DNA of 63,654 bases, counting the filler, from Chiloscyllium plagiosum (Eukaryota), in assembly GCF_004010195.1 (NCBI RefSeq). It is 5 parts of one record of this genome, joined end to end, with 100 filler letters (N's around TTAATTAATTAA, not from the genome) between each part and the next. Parts side by side here need not be neighbours in the genome. Positions count along the whole stretch, not along the records: positions 35,572 to 49,006 come from NC_057710.1; positions 49,107 to 59,865 come from NC_057710.1; 3 more parts are not named here. One strand, 5' to 3'. A program made the translations under genes and the position numbers. A model generated the notes under the pieces. It ran no database searches. It was not told the DNA's origin and saw nothing but the letters and a program-made list of their open reading frames with translations. Each line of letters begins with the position of its first letter. The stretch's first letter is position 1. Of the stretch, positions 38,146-49,809 are shown piece by piece.

Positions 38146-39850
38146 AATCATTGAGTCATAGAGATGTACAGCATGGAAACAGACCCTTCAGTCCTATTCA
38201 TCCATGCCAATCAGATATCCCAATCTAATCTAGTCCCATTTCCCAGCACTCGGCCCATATCCCTCTAAACCTTTCCTATTCATATACCCATCTAGATGCC
38301 TTTTAAATGTTGCAATTATACCAGCTCCACCACTTCCTCTGGCAGCTCATTCCACACACGCACCGCCCTCTGCGTGAAAATGTTGGCCCTTAGGTCCCTT
38401 TTATATCTTTCCCCTCTCACTCTAGACCAATGTCCTTTGATTCTGGAATACCCCAACCTAGGGAAAAGACTTTGTCTATTTATCCTATCCATGCCCCTCA
38501 TGATTTAAAACTTCAATAAGGTCACCCCTCAGCCTTCGACACTCTAGGGAAAACAGCCCCAGCCTATTCAACTTCTCCTTATAGTTCAAATCCTCCAACC
38601 CTGGCAACATCCTTGTAAATCTTTTCTGAATCCTTACAATGTTCTCCAACATCCTTCCAATAGGAAGGAGACCAGAATTGCACACAATATTCCAAAAATA
38701 GCTTAACCAATGTCCTGCACAGCAGCAACATGACCTCCCAACTCCTGTACTCAATACTCTGACCAATAAAAGAAAGCATACCAAACACCTTCTTCGCCAC
38801 TATCCTATCTACCTGCAACTCCACTTTCAAGGAGCTATGAACCTGCACTCCAAGGTCTCTTGCTTCAGCAACACTCCCTAGGACCTTACCATTAAGTGTA
38901 TAAGTCCTGCTAAGATTTGCTTTCCCAAAATGCAGCACCTCACATTTACTTAAATTAAACTCCATCTGCCACTCCTCAGCCCATTGGCCCATCTGATCAA
39001 GATCCTGTTGTAATCCGAGGTAACCTTCTTCACTGTCCACTACACCTCCAATTTTGGCGTCATCTGCAAACTTACTAACTATGTTCCTATGTTCATATCC
39101 AATTCATTTATATAAATGATGAAAAGTAGTGGATCCAGCACTGATCCATGTGGCACTCCACTGGTCACAGGCCTCCAGTCTGAAAAACAGCCCTCCAGCA
39201 CCACCCTCTACTTTCTACCTTTGAGCCAGTTCTGTATCCAAATGGCTAGTTCTTCCTGTATTCCATGAGATCTAACCTTACTAACCAGTCTCTCATGGGG
39301 AACCTTGTTGAACGTCTGAGTTTTTTTTTAAAAGTAACAAAGAGGATTGACGAGGGCAGAGAGGTGGACGTGATCTATATGGACTTCAGTAAGACATTCA
39401 AGTTTGTGAGACATGATTTCCCACGCACAAAGCCATGTTGACTATCCCTAATCAGTCCTTGCCTTTCCAAATACATGTGCATCCTGTCCCTCAGGATTTC
39501 CTCCAACAACTTGCCCACCATGGACGTCAGGCTCACTGGTCTCTAGTTCCCTGGCTTGTCCTTATCACCTTTCTTAAATAGTGGCACCACGTTAACTAAC
39601 CTCCAGTCTGCTGATACCTCACCCGTGACTATCAATGATACGAATATCTCAGGAAGGGTCCCAGCAATCACTTCCCTAGCTTCCCACAGAGTTTTGGAGT
39701 ACACCTGATCAGGTCCTGGGGATTTATCCAAATTTATGCATTTAAAAACATCTAGCATTTCCTCCTTTGTAATATGGACATTTTTCAAGATGTCACCATC
39801 TATTTCCCCACATCCTATATCTTTCATGTCCTTCTCCACAGTGAATATTG
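38146..39850 (-). mobile_element. CR1 RT and 3' end with internal micro-inversion
   Basis: ORFs 38579-39040 and 39543-39908; segment 39314-39395 is inverted. Confidence 0.92.
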
Positions 39851-40339
39851 TCATAGCTACTGTATAATTCTTGTGGATAGTCAGCTGATCAGTCCATTTG
39901 GTCATCATTGATGTTAGTTACATTACAGTACTTGTATTTATGACTTTGACTTTATCAGCTTCAAACACAGTCATGTTCAGCTTTTAACAGTACAGCCTTG
40001 ATTATGTTTGTTGCTGGACTCTCAGTCTGGAACCTCACCTGAATGAGAGAGCTAAGTCAAGAACAGGAGGGGACCAAACGTTATCGATTACCAAAACTTG
40101 GCAACATTGTGTTAGCGGGGACTTCCATGAATAAAAGTGAACTTGCATTTAAATAGCAGTTTTCACTTTCAGACATGCCAATGTGCCTTCACTGCCCCTG
40201 GAATGTCCTTGCTGTTGTAACATTGGAAAATACAACAATCATTTTCCAGACACTAGAAATCCCGTGATAAGTTAAGCATTAACTATAAGCAGAACTGAAT
40301 AGTCACTTAAACACAATGGTTAAAGAGCAAATTAGAGGC

Positions 40340-40875
40340 TGTGAAATCTGCAGCGAGTAACTCACTTCCAAGTCACAAGTCAGGAGTGTGATGGAATATT
40401 CCCCACTTGCTTGGATGGGAGCAACACTCAAGAAACCAGGACAGAGTAGGCCACTTGATTTGCACCACATCCAGAAGTACTCACATAATTCACCATTAAT
40501 GTTCAGTAGCAGCAGTGTGTACTATCTACAAGATGCAGTACAGAAATTTACTAAAACTCCTTAGGCAGCACCTTCCAAACCCATGACCATTTCCATCCAG
40601 AAGGACAAGGGAGCAGATACATGAGAACACCACCATCTTCAAGTTCCCCTCCAAGTCACTCACCATCCTGACTTGGAAATATATCACCATTCCTTCACTG
40701 TCGCTGAGTCAAAATCCTGGAATTCCCTCCCTAAGGGCATTGTGGATCTGCCCACAGCACATGGACTGCAGCAGTTCAAGAAGGCAGCTCACCACCACCA
40801 TCTCAAGGGCAACTAGGGACGGGCAATAAATGCTGGCCAGGCAGTGACACCCACATCTCCCAATGAATGAAAAGA
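40340..40875 (+). mobile_element. 3' end of second CR1/L2-group LINE family
   Basis: QVRSVMEYSPLAWM-type RT C-terminus; gggcaataaatgctggcc...aatgaatg tail; antisense copies at 46925-47090, 53310-53520, 58845-59380. Confidence 0.75.
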
Positions 40876-41224
40876 AATCATAGTCCTTTGTTACACACTT
40901 AAAAAGCTTATTAATAAAAAAAAATTAAAATAAACAGTTAATGTTTCATTCTTCTTAAAGATCAAAATCCTGTTGACAAGTTCATGGCAAAATATTTTAA
41001 ACCCTAAAAGAATAATATAACGGTTGTCAATCTGAATAGGTTCTGTTAAAAACAATTACAAATTATATCTACACAGCATTAGTGTCATTAAGTAGAGCAC
41101 CACTGTGCATTTGCTTGAGAGAAATGTTATTGAAAAGTTCCAAAGTAATTTTCCACATTGCTGTGAAAATAATTGGACTGGTGTTACTAGCAGCTTTGCA
41201 GTACGAAACTGAAAGAAAGTTAAG

Positions 41225-41620
41225 ATTTGCACTTATATAGCACCTTTAACGACATCAGAATTTTTGAATTTGCAGTTAAGAATAACGTTTGAGGTATAGT
41301 GTTTGACTCTTCTCCGGGCAATTAGGAATTGACAATAAATGCTGAGTTATTCAGTGATGTCCTCATCCTATGAATGAATAAAAAAAAAAGTCACTACTTT
41401 AATGTTGGAAATTTGGCAATCAATCTCCACAGCTAGCTCCCACTACAGTAATGTGTTAATGTGATAGCCTGTTTGTGGTAATATTGATTAGGGTTTCAAT
41501 ATTGGCCAAGAAATCTCTCTTATCCTTTCTCAAATAGTGCCATGGAATCTTTCTCATCCATCTGAGAGACAGCAAGGGTCCTTTTAATGCTGCATCAGAA
41601 GGCAGCATCTCTGAGAGTAG
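41225..41620 (-). mobile_element. DeuSINE (SacSINE1/AmnSINE1-like) relic
   Basis: caaatagtgccatggaatcttt..catccatctgagag resembles the antisense Deu domain; other copies at about 26010-26185, 34470-34755, 45500-45910. Confidence 0.55.
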
Positions 41621-41789
41621 ACCTAGCTCTGAACCAGTCTGGGCTCCCATGACATGTCTTTCTTCAAGTCTCCGAATTGGATTTTACATTAGTTTACTTT
41701 CTGTTTATAAAACAGAGATTTGTGTGTCTTGGGGCTTCCATTTCTCTCTGCTCTTCTAATTCTTGTGAAGATGTATAAAAATTGAAGAA

Positions 41790-42715
41790 AGTTTGTTAGA
41801 GATGTTCTTGCTACATCTGCGGTTACACAAGTCTCTCTCACAAGTGGATAAGGTGGTCAAGAAGGCACATAGCATTCTTCTGAAGTTCTACTGTTCTGAA
41901 GAAGGGTCACTGGACCCAAAACATTAACTCTCATTTCTCTCCACAGAAGCTGCCAGACCTGCTGACCTTTTCCAATAATTTCTGTTTTTGTTTCTGATTT
42001 CCAGCATCTGCGGTTCTTTCGCTTTTTATGTGGTATTCATGCCTTCATTCGTCAGGGAGTAGAGTATAAAAATTGGCAGGTCTTGTTGCTGCTGTATAAA
42101 ATTTTAGGTAGGCCACATTTTCAAGATTGCACACAGTTCTGGTTACTACAATACCAGAAGGAGGTGGAGGCTTTGGAGAGGGTTTGGAAAAGGTTTATCA
42201 CAATGTTTACCAGTTCTGCGGAAGGGTCAATGGACCTGAAACGTTAACTCTGATTTCTCTCCAGCAATTGCTGTTTTTGTTTATCATGATATTGCCTGGA
42301 TTGGAGGGTATTAGCTATGAGGAGAGACTGGACAAACCTGATTTATTTTCACTTGATTATCGGAAGCTGAGAGGCGACCTGTTAGTTTATAAAATTATGA
42401 GAGGCATGGAAAAAATGGATAGTCAGAGGTCTCTTTCCAGCATGGAAATATCAGTTATTAGGGGGCATAAGTTTAACGTAAAAGGGGTAAAATTTAAAGG
42501 AGTTGTGAGAGGCAGGTTTTATGTAATACGTGCTGCCAGAGGAGGTGGTAGAATCAGGTACAATAGCAATGTTTAAGAGGCACCTTTGCACATACGTGAA
42601 TAAGCAGATATATGGACCATGTAGAGGCAAAAGCTTTTCAGCTTCGAGCAGCGTCATGTGTTGGCATAGATTAGGTGGGCCGAAGGGCCTATTCCTTGCT
42701 GTGCTTTGTTCTTTT
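41790..42715 (+). mobile_element. CR1 3' portion with two family C hammerhead inserts (about 41880-42028 and 42212-42278)
   Basis: CR1 reading is continuous across both inserts; gtttatca duplicated at 42193-42200 and 42279-42286. Confidence 0.82.
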
Positions 42716-43741
42716 AAAACGTGATCTTTGCCTACTTTCAGTTTGGAAGTGAAGAATGCCCATTGCTAGATGTCGTGGTTCTGAGGCCACTTTCTTTGCC
42801 CATTGATGGGATTAAAGTAATAGGAGCAGCAAGTAAGATATTCATGTGACAACTATACCAGGGATGCCACAAACCTAAAAAGAAACAGGAAATGATGAGA
42901 ACAAAATTAACCAAAACAGATTAATAATTCCATACACATTTATTTTTAAATGACATTTTCATAATATACCTTGTGAGGTTATCAAATGAAGCTATTGTCT
43001 CAGTATGAGAGCATCCCAGCTATTCCTCCTTGAAACATATGATGTTTACAGATTCGGAGGAGTACGGGGTCAATGAAATATTCTCAACGTACAACCACAA
43101 TGTGGTGATGAAGTTCATTTGCTTTCCATCATTGTTTGACCAAGATCAGTTTGTCGAAGGCTCTCGAATAAGCCCAGAATACCTGAGAGGCAGTGAGTCA
43201 CAGAGGGGGAGTTCCAATACTTCAGGTCTCGGCAGCTAAAGGCACGTTTCCATGAGTTGGTTGAAGGAAAGAAGGGATGTGAGAAAAACCAGGGTTAGAG
43301 GAACTTGGATTTGTTGGAGAACTGGGGGAAGTTTCACTAATGAAAGGAGGGGCATATAAATACTGCGAATTTAATATCACTGGAATCATTTATTGTGGAC
43401 GCTGGAGCATCTTTCTGGATTTGTGGGGTAGGATGTACTGAAAAGTCTTTTTCGTGATAAATATCACAATATAATGAATCAACAGAGCAAAGGTCAATTC
43501 TCAGCTTTGCTGCCTTAGTTTGGGATTTATGAGAGCGATTCACCTGAAGTAAAGCTACTTGATCTTCAGCCTTGTCAAAATCATAAACGTTTATACAGTG
43601 TAGCTGTTGTTCTGTGATTTGCAAACAAACAGAAGGTGGGCACCAGGATATATGTATCATTGTTCCAAGTGCATTTTTAATCATGTGAGCGTTGTAAGTT
43701 GATGCCATTTGATCTGTTTATACAAAAACTTGTCAAAAACT

Positions 43742-43940
43742 AGCCAAATACAGAAGATGCTGGAAATCTGAAGTAAAAAGCAGAAAATGCTGGAGGAAAT
43801 TAGCAGGACAGGCAGCATCTGTAGCGGGAGTTAAAGATTGAAGTTCAATATGACTGTTCAAAGTCATTGGACTGGAAGCACTAACTCTGCTTCTCTCTCC
43901 ACAGATGCTGCCTGTCCTGCTAAGTTTCTCTAGCATTCTC
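43742..43940. mobile_element. Old palindromic element, family C
   Basis: ttagcaggacaggcagcatctgt / acagatgctgcctgtcctgctaa inverted arms. Confidence 0.78.
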
Positions 43941-44080
43941 TTTATACTGAATCTGTACCTGATTTGTTGGCGTATGTTTCTTTCTGACTTATTTGTTAAA
44001 CTGTTTTTTTTCTCCTAAGAGTAGAGGCAATCAAGCACACTATGTTGTGAGAACTGCATGGTGACTAAATCTAGCTTTTT

Positions 44081-44871
44081 CTTTGATGGGTTTTCCTTGT
44101 CCATACCTGTCAAAGCTAATTCAGCATTGAGTTTGATGTCTTCCATAAGCTGATTCAGTTGTTGTTATTAACAACACAATGCCTCTTCGTCTGATTGTTC
44201 AAGCCTGACTTGATTGCATTAAGTTGTGTTCCCCTAATTTCAGTGTTTTTTTTCCATTTTAATTCCCCCCTCCCTTCCTTTACTCAACGCCCTTCACTTA
44301 TCAAGCAGGAGTTGCCTTAATGATGCATGTTGATCGTTTCATCCATCACTTTGAAGTGGGCTCAGGTCTCCAGTTAGAGTTCAAAGGTCGACGTGTTTAT
44401 TTATGCAAAGCTGGATCATCTGTGAAATGGGGCTTAGAAGGCCTCTGGACTTCAAAGGGTTCACGTCAGTCCTAGCAGAGTCAAAGCAGAGACTGGTCTT
44501 GCGTTAAAATATTAAAAGAAAGTTTCTGGCTCTCTGTCTTGATATGGGTCATTTTCAGTTATTAAATAACATTTTTAATTGGTATCAAATTCATGTCATG
44601 TCTAATTAAATTAAGTAGTAATGGCCACAATAATTGGCTTTTGAAGAGCTCTGCATAAATTGTCAAAAATAAGCATGAGCTCATCCGTCTTTGTCCATCC
44701 TGAATCTCATTCTGGGTGTCTACACCATCAAAAGTCTGGACAGGTTTCTTTCGGAGGTCGGGGGATGGGATGGGATGGGGGGGTGGTCTCTGTAGGCGAT
44801 TTGCCGCGCAAAAAAAAAGTTGGGATCTATCGAAGATCAAAGCGGCTACAGCAATTCAGTGCACATCAAAG
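44081..44871. promoter_or_regulatory. Candidate Wnt-responsive enhancer (TCF/LEF site cluster)
   Basis: CTTTGWW or WWCAAAG at 44081, 44349, 44380, 44451, 44836 and 44865 in repeat-free sequence. Confidence 0.6.
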
Positions 44872-45305
44872 CTTTGGCTGCAAATCAAGTTGTGTTGAAA
44901 ATTCGAGCCATTTGTCCAGAGCTGGGAGGTAATGAAGAATGAAACATCAGGCGAGCAGTTTGGTGCTTCCCCGCGTTCGTAAAAATGTCCTTTTTTTTAA
45001 GAAAGGATTTTGGCACCAAAAAAAGTTGTTTTTTTTCAATGAAATCATTCCCGTTGTTGTGTGAAAATACAAACGGGGCTGGGGGAAGCTTTGCAAAGCT
45101 GGAGTAGGTGACTGTCATAGTTTTAAACTGAGAGTTTTTGAGTGTTGTGGACTTGCAACGTGATTGGAACTGACAAATTAGAAATTTTCTTAACTATGTG
45201 AGAGTATTGCACTTTTAAAATTTCAAAGTTGTTTTCTCACCATTTTTAAGAAAGGTTTGCTATTATACAGTATCCTTCACAGACTCAGAATGTCCTAATC
45301 TAATG

Positions 45306-45500
45306 AAGTCCTGACGAAGGGTTTCACCTCAAAACGTTGATTTTCCTTTACCTCAGATGCTGTGTTCTACCAGCTTCACATCTATTGACTCCGACTTCCA
45401 GCGTCTACATTAGAGTGATGCTGGAAAAGCACAGCAGGCCAGGCAGCATCTGAGGAGCAGGACTTCCAGCCTTCCAGCATATGCAGTCCTTACTGTCTCC
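45306..45500. mobile_element. Rearranged or nested PLE tails (family A)
   Basis: Degenerate core ctgacgaaggg...aaaacgtt followed by an inverted tail segment. Confidence 0.7.
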
Positions 45501-45939
45501 GATTCTTGTACGGTTGCAGTTGTAATCTTTGCCAGTTTGTCCCTTGATAGCAATGAGTAGAAAATACTCTGTTTTCGTTGGTCTGAAGAAGTGCCACTCG
45601 CCCACAGATTCTGCTGAGTTACCCCGCACTGTCTGTTTTTCATATTATTTATCAATGGTGTTGGATGAGAGATAAATATTGGCCAGAATACTGAACATAG
45701 CTCTCTGGCTTTTCTTTGAGATAGTGCTGAAATGAAATCTTTTGAGAACATACAGGACTTTGATTTAAAGTCGCATTTGTAAGTGCCATACTCTTCTGCC
45801 TAGTAGAGACGACCTGGACTTTTATGCTCAAGTCTTTTTGGAATGGGTGGGGACTGAACTTAAAACTTCTTGCTCAGAAGTGAGAATATCATCTGAGTCC
45901 CGCCTGATACCTTGAAGCTAGCAGTACTGAAAAAGGGTC

Positions 45940-46262
45940 ATAGATTCATAGAATCCCTACAGTGTGGAAACAGGCCCTTCGGCCCAGCAAGTCCACACCG
46001 AAGAGTAACCCACCCAGATCCATTCCCCTATTACTCTATATTTCCTTCTGACTAATGCACCTAAGCTGTACATTCCTGAACACCACAGACCCTTTAGCAT
46101 GGCCAATTCACCTAACCCGCACAACTTTGGATTGTGGGAGGAAACCCACACAGATACGGGAAGAATGTGCAAACCTCACACATTTGCCTGAGGCGGAAAT
46201 TGAACCCGGGTTCCTGACGCTGTGAGGCAGCAGTGCTAACCACTGTGCCATCGTGCTGCCTG
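45940..46262 (-). mobile_element. HE1/V-SINE-type SINE
   Basis: ggcagcacgatggcacagtggttagc head, ggttcaatttc B box. Confidence 0.88.
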
Positions 46263-46792
46263 GTGTTGTTGCAATTGTACCAGCCTCCACCACTTCCACT
46301 GGCCGTTCATTCCATACACATACCACCCTCTGTGGAAAAAGTTGCCCCTTAGGTCTCTTTTATATCTTTCCCCTCTCACCCTTAACCTATGACCTCTAGT
46401 TCTGGACTCCCCGACCTCAGGGAAAAGACTTTGTTTATTTATCCTATCCATGCCCCTCATAATTTTGTAAACCCCTATAAGGTCACCCACTCAGCCTCCG
46501 ACGCTCCAGGGAAAACAGTCCCAGCCTGTTCAGCCTCTCCCTGTAGCTCAAACCCTCCAACGCTGGCAACATCCTTGTAAATCTTTTCTGAACCCTTTCA
46601 AGTTTCACAACATCTCTCCAATAGGAAGGAGACCAGAATTGCACGCAATATTCCAACAGTGGCCTAACCAAAGTCCTGTGCAGCCACAACATGACCTCCC
46701 AACTCCTGTACTCAATACTCTGACCAATAAAGGAAAGCATACCAAACACCGCCTTCACTATCCTATCTACCTGCGACTCCACTTTCAAGGAG
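46263..46792 (-). mobile_element. CR1 RT C-terminal fragment
   Basis: VRPLLEYCVQFWSP, YRERLNRLGLFSLE. Confidence 0.9.
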
Positions 46793-47229
46793 ATGCTGAA
46801 ACAGTGGGACACGGGTGCAGAAGATCTAAACAGGTGACAAAATGGCATGCATGCAATATGTGACAACAAAAATGTATCTCTAAACTGGCTGGGTTGTTCA
46901 GTTTTCATTTCTCTACATCCTAATTATTTATTCACTTGTGGGATGTGGGTGTCGCTGGCTGGCCAACATTTATTGCCCGTCCCTAGTTGCGCTTGAAAAG
47001 GTGGTGGTGAGCTACCTTCTTGAATTGCTACAGTCCACCTGCAGTGGGTTGACCCTCCATGCTATTGAGGAGTGAATTCCATAGATTCAGTTTTAATAAA
47101 AAGGAAGTGATGTTGTAGTGGTAATGTCACTGGTCTACTAAGCCAGAAACAGTCTAATGTTATGGGGACATGAATTCAAATTCTGTGGTCCATAGTGCAT
47201 TCAACATAAATCTGAAATAAAAAGCTAAC

Positions 47230-48620
47230 ATAATAAGCTCATAATAACTAGGGACAGAAAAAAGGAAATTCAGCCCCTGTGGCTTGCTCTGCTATTTAAT
47301 GCATCATGGCTGATCTCATCTCAGCCTTACCTTCACTTTTCTGCCCGCTCCCCATAGCCTTTCAACCCATTACTAATTTAAAAATCTGTCTTTACCTCCT
47401 CAAATTTACTTAATACTCCAGTATCCACCACTCCCTGCAGTAGTGAATTCCACAGGTGTGATTGCACTGGACAGGGTGCAGAGGAGGTTCACCTTGGCAT
47501 GGAAAATTTAAGTTATGAGGAAAAGTTGCATCGGCTTGGGCTGTTTTTGTTGGAGCAGAGAAGACTGAGGGGCGTACAGACTGAGGTGTACAAAATCAGA
47601 GGCATGGACAGAGTGGATAAGGAGCAACTATTTCCCTTTGAAATGTCAGTCACAAGGGGACATGGACTCAAGGTGAGGAGCAGGAGGTTTAGAGGGGAAG
47701 TGAGGGAAAACCTATATCCAGAGAATGGTGATGGTCTGAAATGTGCTGCCTGAGAGGGTGGTAGAAATGTGTTGCCTTTAAAAAGTTCCTGGATGAGCAC
47801 ATGGTACATCATCCCATGCAATGGATCAAGTACTGGTAGATGGGATTAGGTTGAAATTTGGGTTTTCTCATGGGTTGATGCAGACTCGATGGGCTAAAGG
47901 ACCTCTTCTGCCCTGTATGATTCTAATAAATTACCCGACCCATGTGTCCTTAGCTTATGTATAAACCCTTTCTGTGGCACCTTATCAAATATATTCTAGA
48001 ACTCCAGATATACTACATCTATGGGATCCCCACTATCTACTTTGCCTGTTACAACTTTGAAGAACTCATTAATCCCAATTTATCACACAATACCAATAGC
48101 CTGCCCCCTAGTTGGTTCCACAACACATTGCTCCAAGAAACTATATCTCTCTTAACACATTCAATGAATTCTCCCTCTAGGCTTTGTGACCAATTTGATT
48201 AATCCAGCCTATGTGCATATTAAAATCCTTAAACAGTTAATTGCCACACCTTTTTCACAAGGTCCCAGTATATTCTGGTTTATGCTGTGCCCGGTGTGGA
48301 ACCACTCCCACTAGGAACTTCTTTCCCTTGCTATTTCTTTATTTCTACCCAGACTAATTCTACATCTTGATCACCCGCCCCTTTGTAATTTCTCACTACA
48401 ACGTTGAACTTATCCTTTTAGAAACACAGCTGCACCACCTCCTTTTCCTTCCTGCCTATCCTTCTGAAACAAGTATCTTTGTAAATTTAATTCCCAGTTC
48501 TGGTCTCAACGCAACAATATCTCTGTGATCGCCCCAAATTGTACCTATTCTTCACTATTTGCGCTGTTAACTCATTGATTTTATTCCGAATGCTTTGCGC
48601 ATTCAGATACAAAGCCTTTA
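47230..48620. mobile_element. Minus-strand CR1 remnants with nested plus-strand CR1 3' end (about 47455-47925)
   Basis: ORF 47499-47753 YEEKLHRLGLF; antisense endonuclease remnants at 48400-48600. Confidence 0.75.
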
Positions 48621-48724
48621 AGTTTGTTCGATTATCACATTTCTCTACAGCTGTACCATTACGCCTTATGACTTTGACATGTTCTATCCATTCCTTTTCT
48701 TATTTTCTAGTAACAATCAGCCTC

Positions 48725-49006
48725 ATAGAACATAGAACATAGAACAATACAGCACAGAACAGGCCCTTCGGCCCACAATGTTGTGCCGAACATTTGTCCT
48801 AGCTTAAGCACCCATCCATGTACCTATCCAATTGCCACTTAAAGGTCACCAAAGATTCTGACTCTACCACTCCCACAGGCAGCGCATACCATGCCCCCAC
48901 CACTCTCTGGGTAAAGAACCCACCCCTGACATCTCCCCTATACCTTCCACCCTTCACCTTAAATTTACGTCCCCTTGTAACACTCTGTTGTACCAGGGGA
49001 AAAAGT
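48725..49006 (-). mobile_element. CR1 3' end
   Basis: (agaacat)n tail. Confidence 0.85.
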
Positions 49007-49106
49007 NNNNNNNNNNNNNNNNNNNNNNNNNNNNNNNNNNNNNNNNNNNNTTAATTAATTAANNNNNNNNNNNNNNNNNNNNNNNNNNNNNNNNNNNNNN
49101 NNNNNN

Positions 49107-49552
49107 TGGAGGTCCTGGGCTTCCTTCACCGCTGCTCCCTCACCACCAGACGCCTGGAGGAAGAATGCCTCATCTTCCGCCTCGGAACACTTCAACCCCA
49201 GGGCATCAATGTGGACTTCAACAGTTTCCTCATTTCCCCTCTCCTCACCTTCCGCCAGCTCCAACCTTCCAGCTCAGCACCGCCCTCTTGACCTGTCCCA
49301 CCTGCCTATCTTCCTTTCCACCAATCTACTCCACCCTCCTCTCTGACCTATCACCTCCATCCCCACCCCCATTCACCTATTGTACTCGATGCTACATTCT
49401 CCCCACCCCCACCCCCTCTCATTTATCTCTCCACCCTGCAGGCTTCCTGCCTCTACTTCTGATGAAGGGCTTTTGCCTGAAACGTCTATTTTCCTGCTCC
49501 TCGGATGCTGACTGACCTGCTGTGCTTTTCCAGCACCACTCTAATCTGGATT
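49107..49552 (+). mobile_element. PLE 3' end: GIY-YIG C-terminus, 3'UTR and hammerhead (49459-49486)
   Basis: EVLGFLHRCSLTTRRLEEECLIFRLGTLQPQGINVDFNSF followed by ctgatgaagggcttttgcctgaaacgtc. Confidence 0.88.
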
Positions 49553-49809
49553 CTGTACCTTGTCATTAGTGAAATGTCTGATGTCAGGCACCCCCCATAC
49601 ATGGACTGTCCTTTTATATCTTATTTGGGGGTTGTTTTCTCCATGAATGAGGGAAAGGAAGAAATCGGGTGTGATGAAAGTGTGAGTCATGCCTGTTTGT
49701 GCTGGTCAGGTGGGGAAAAGCTGGTGAGGGGGAAGGCAGCACAGCAGCCATTTAGGGTCAGTGCTATGGGAGGCTGGCAGGAAGCTATTGTGAGTGGAGA
49801 CAGATGTTA

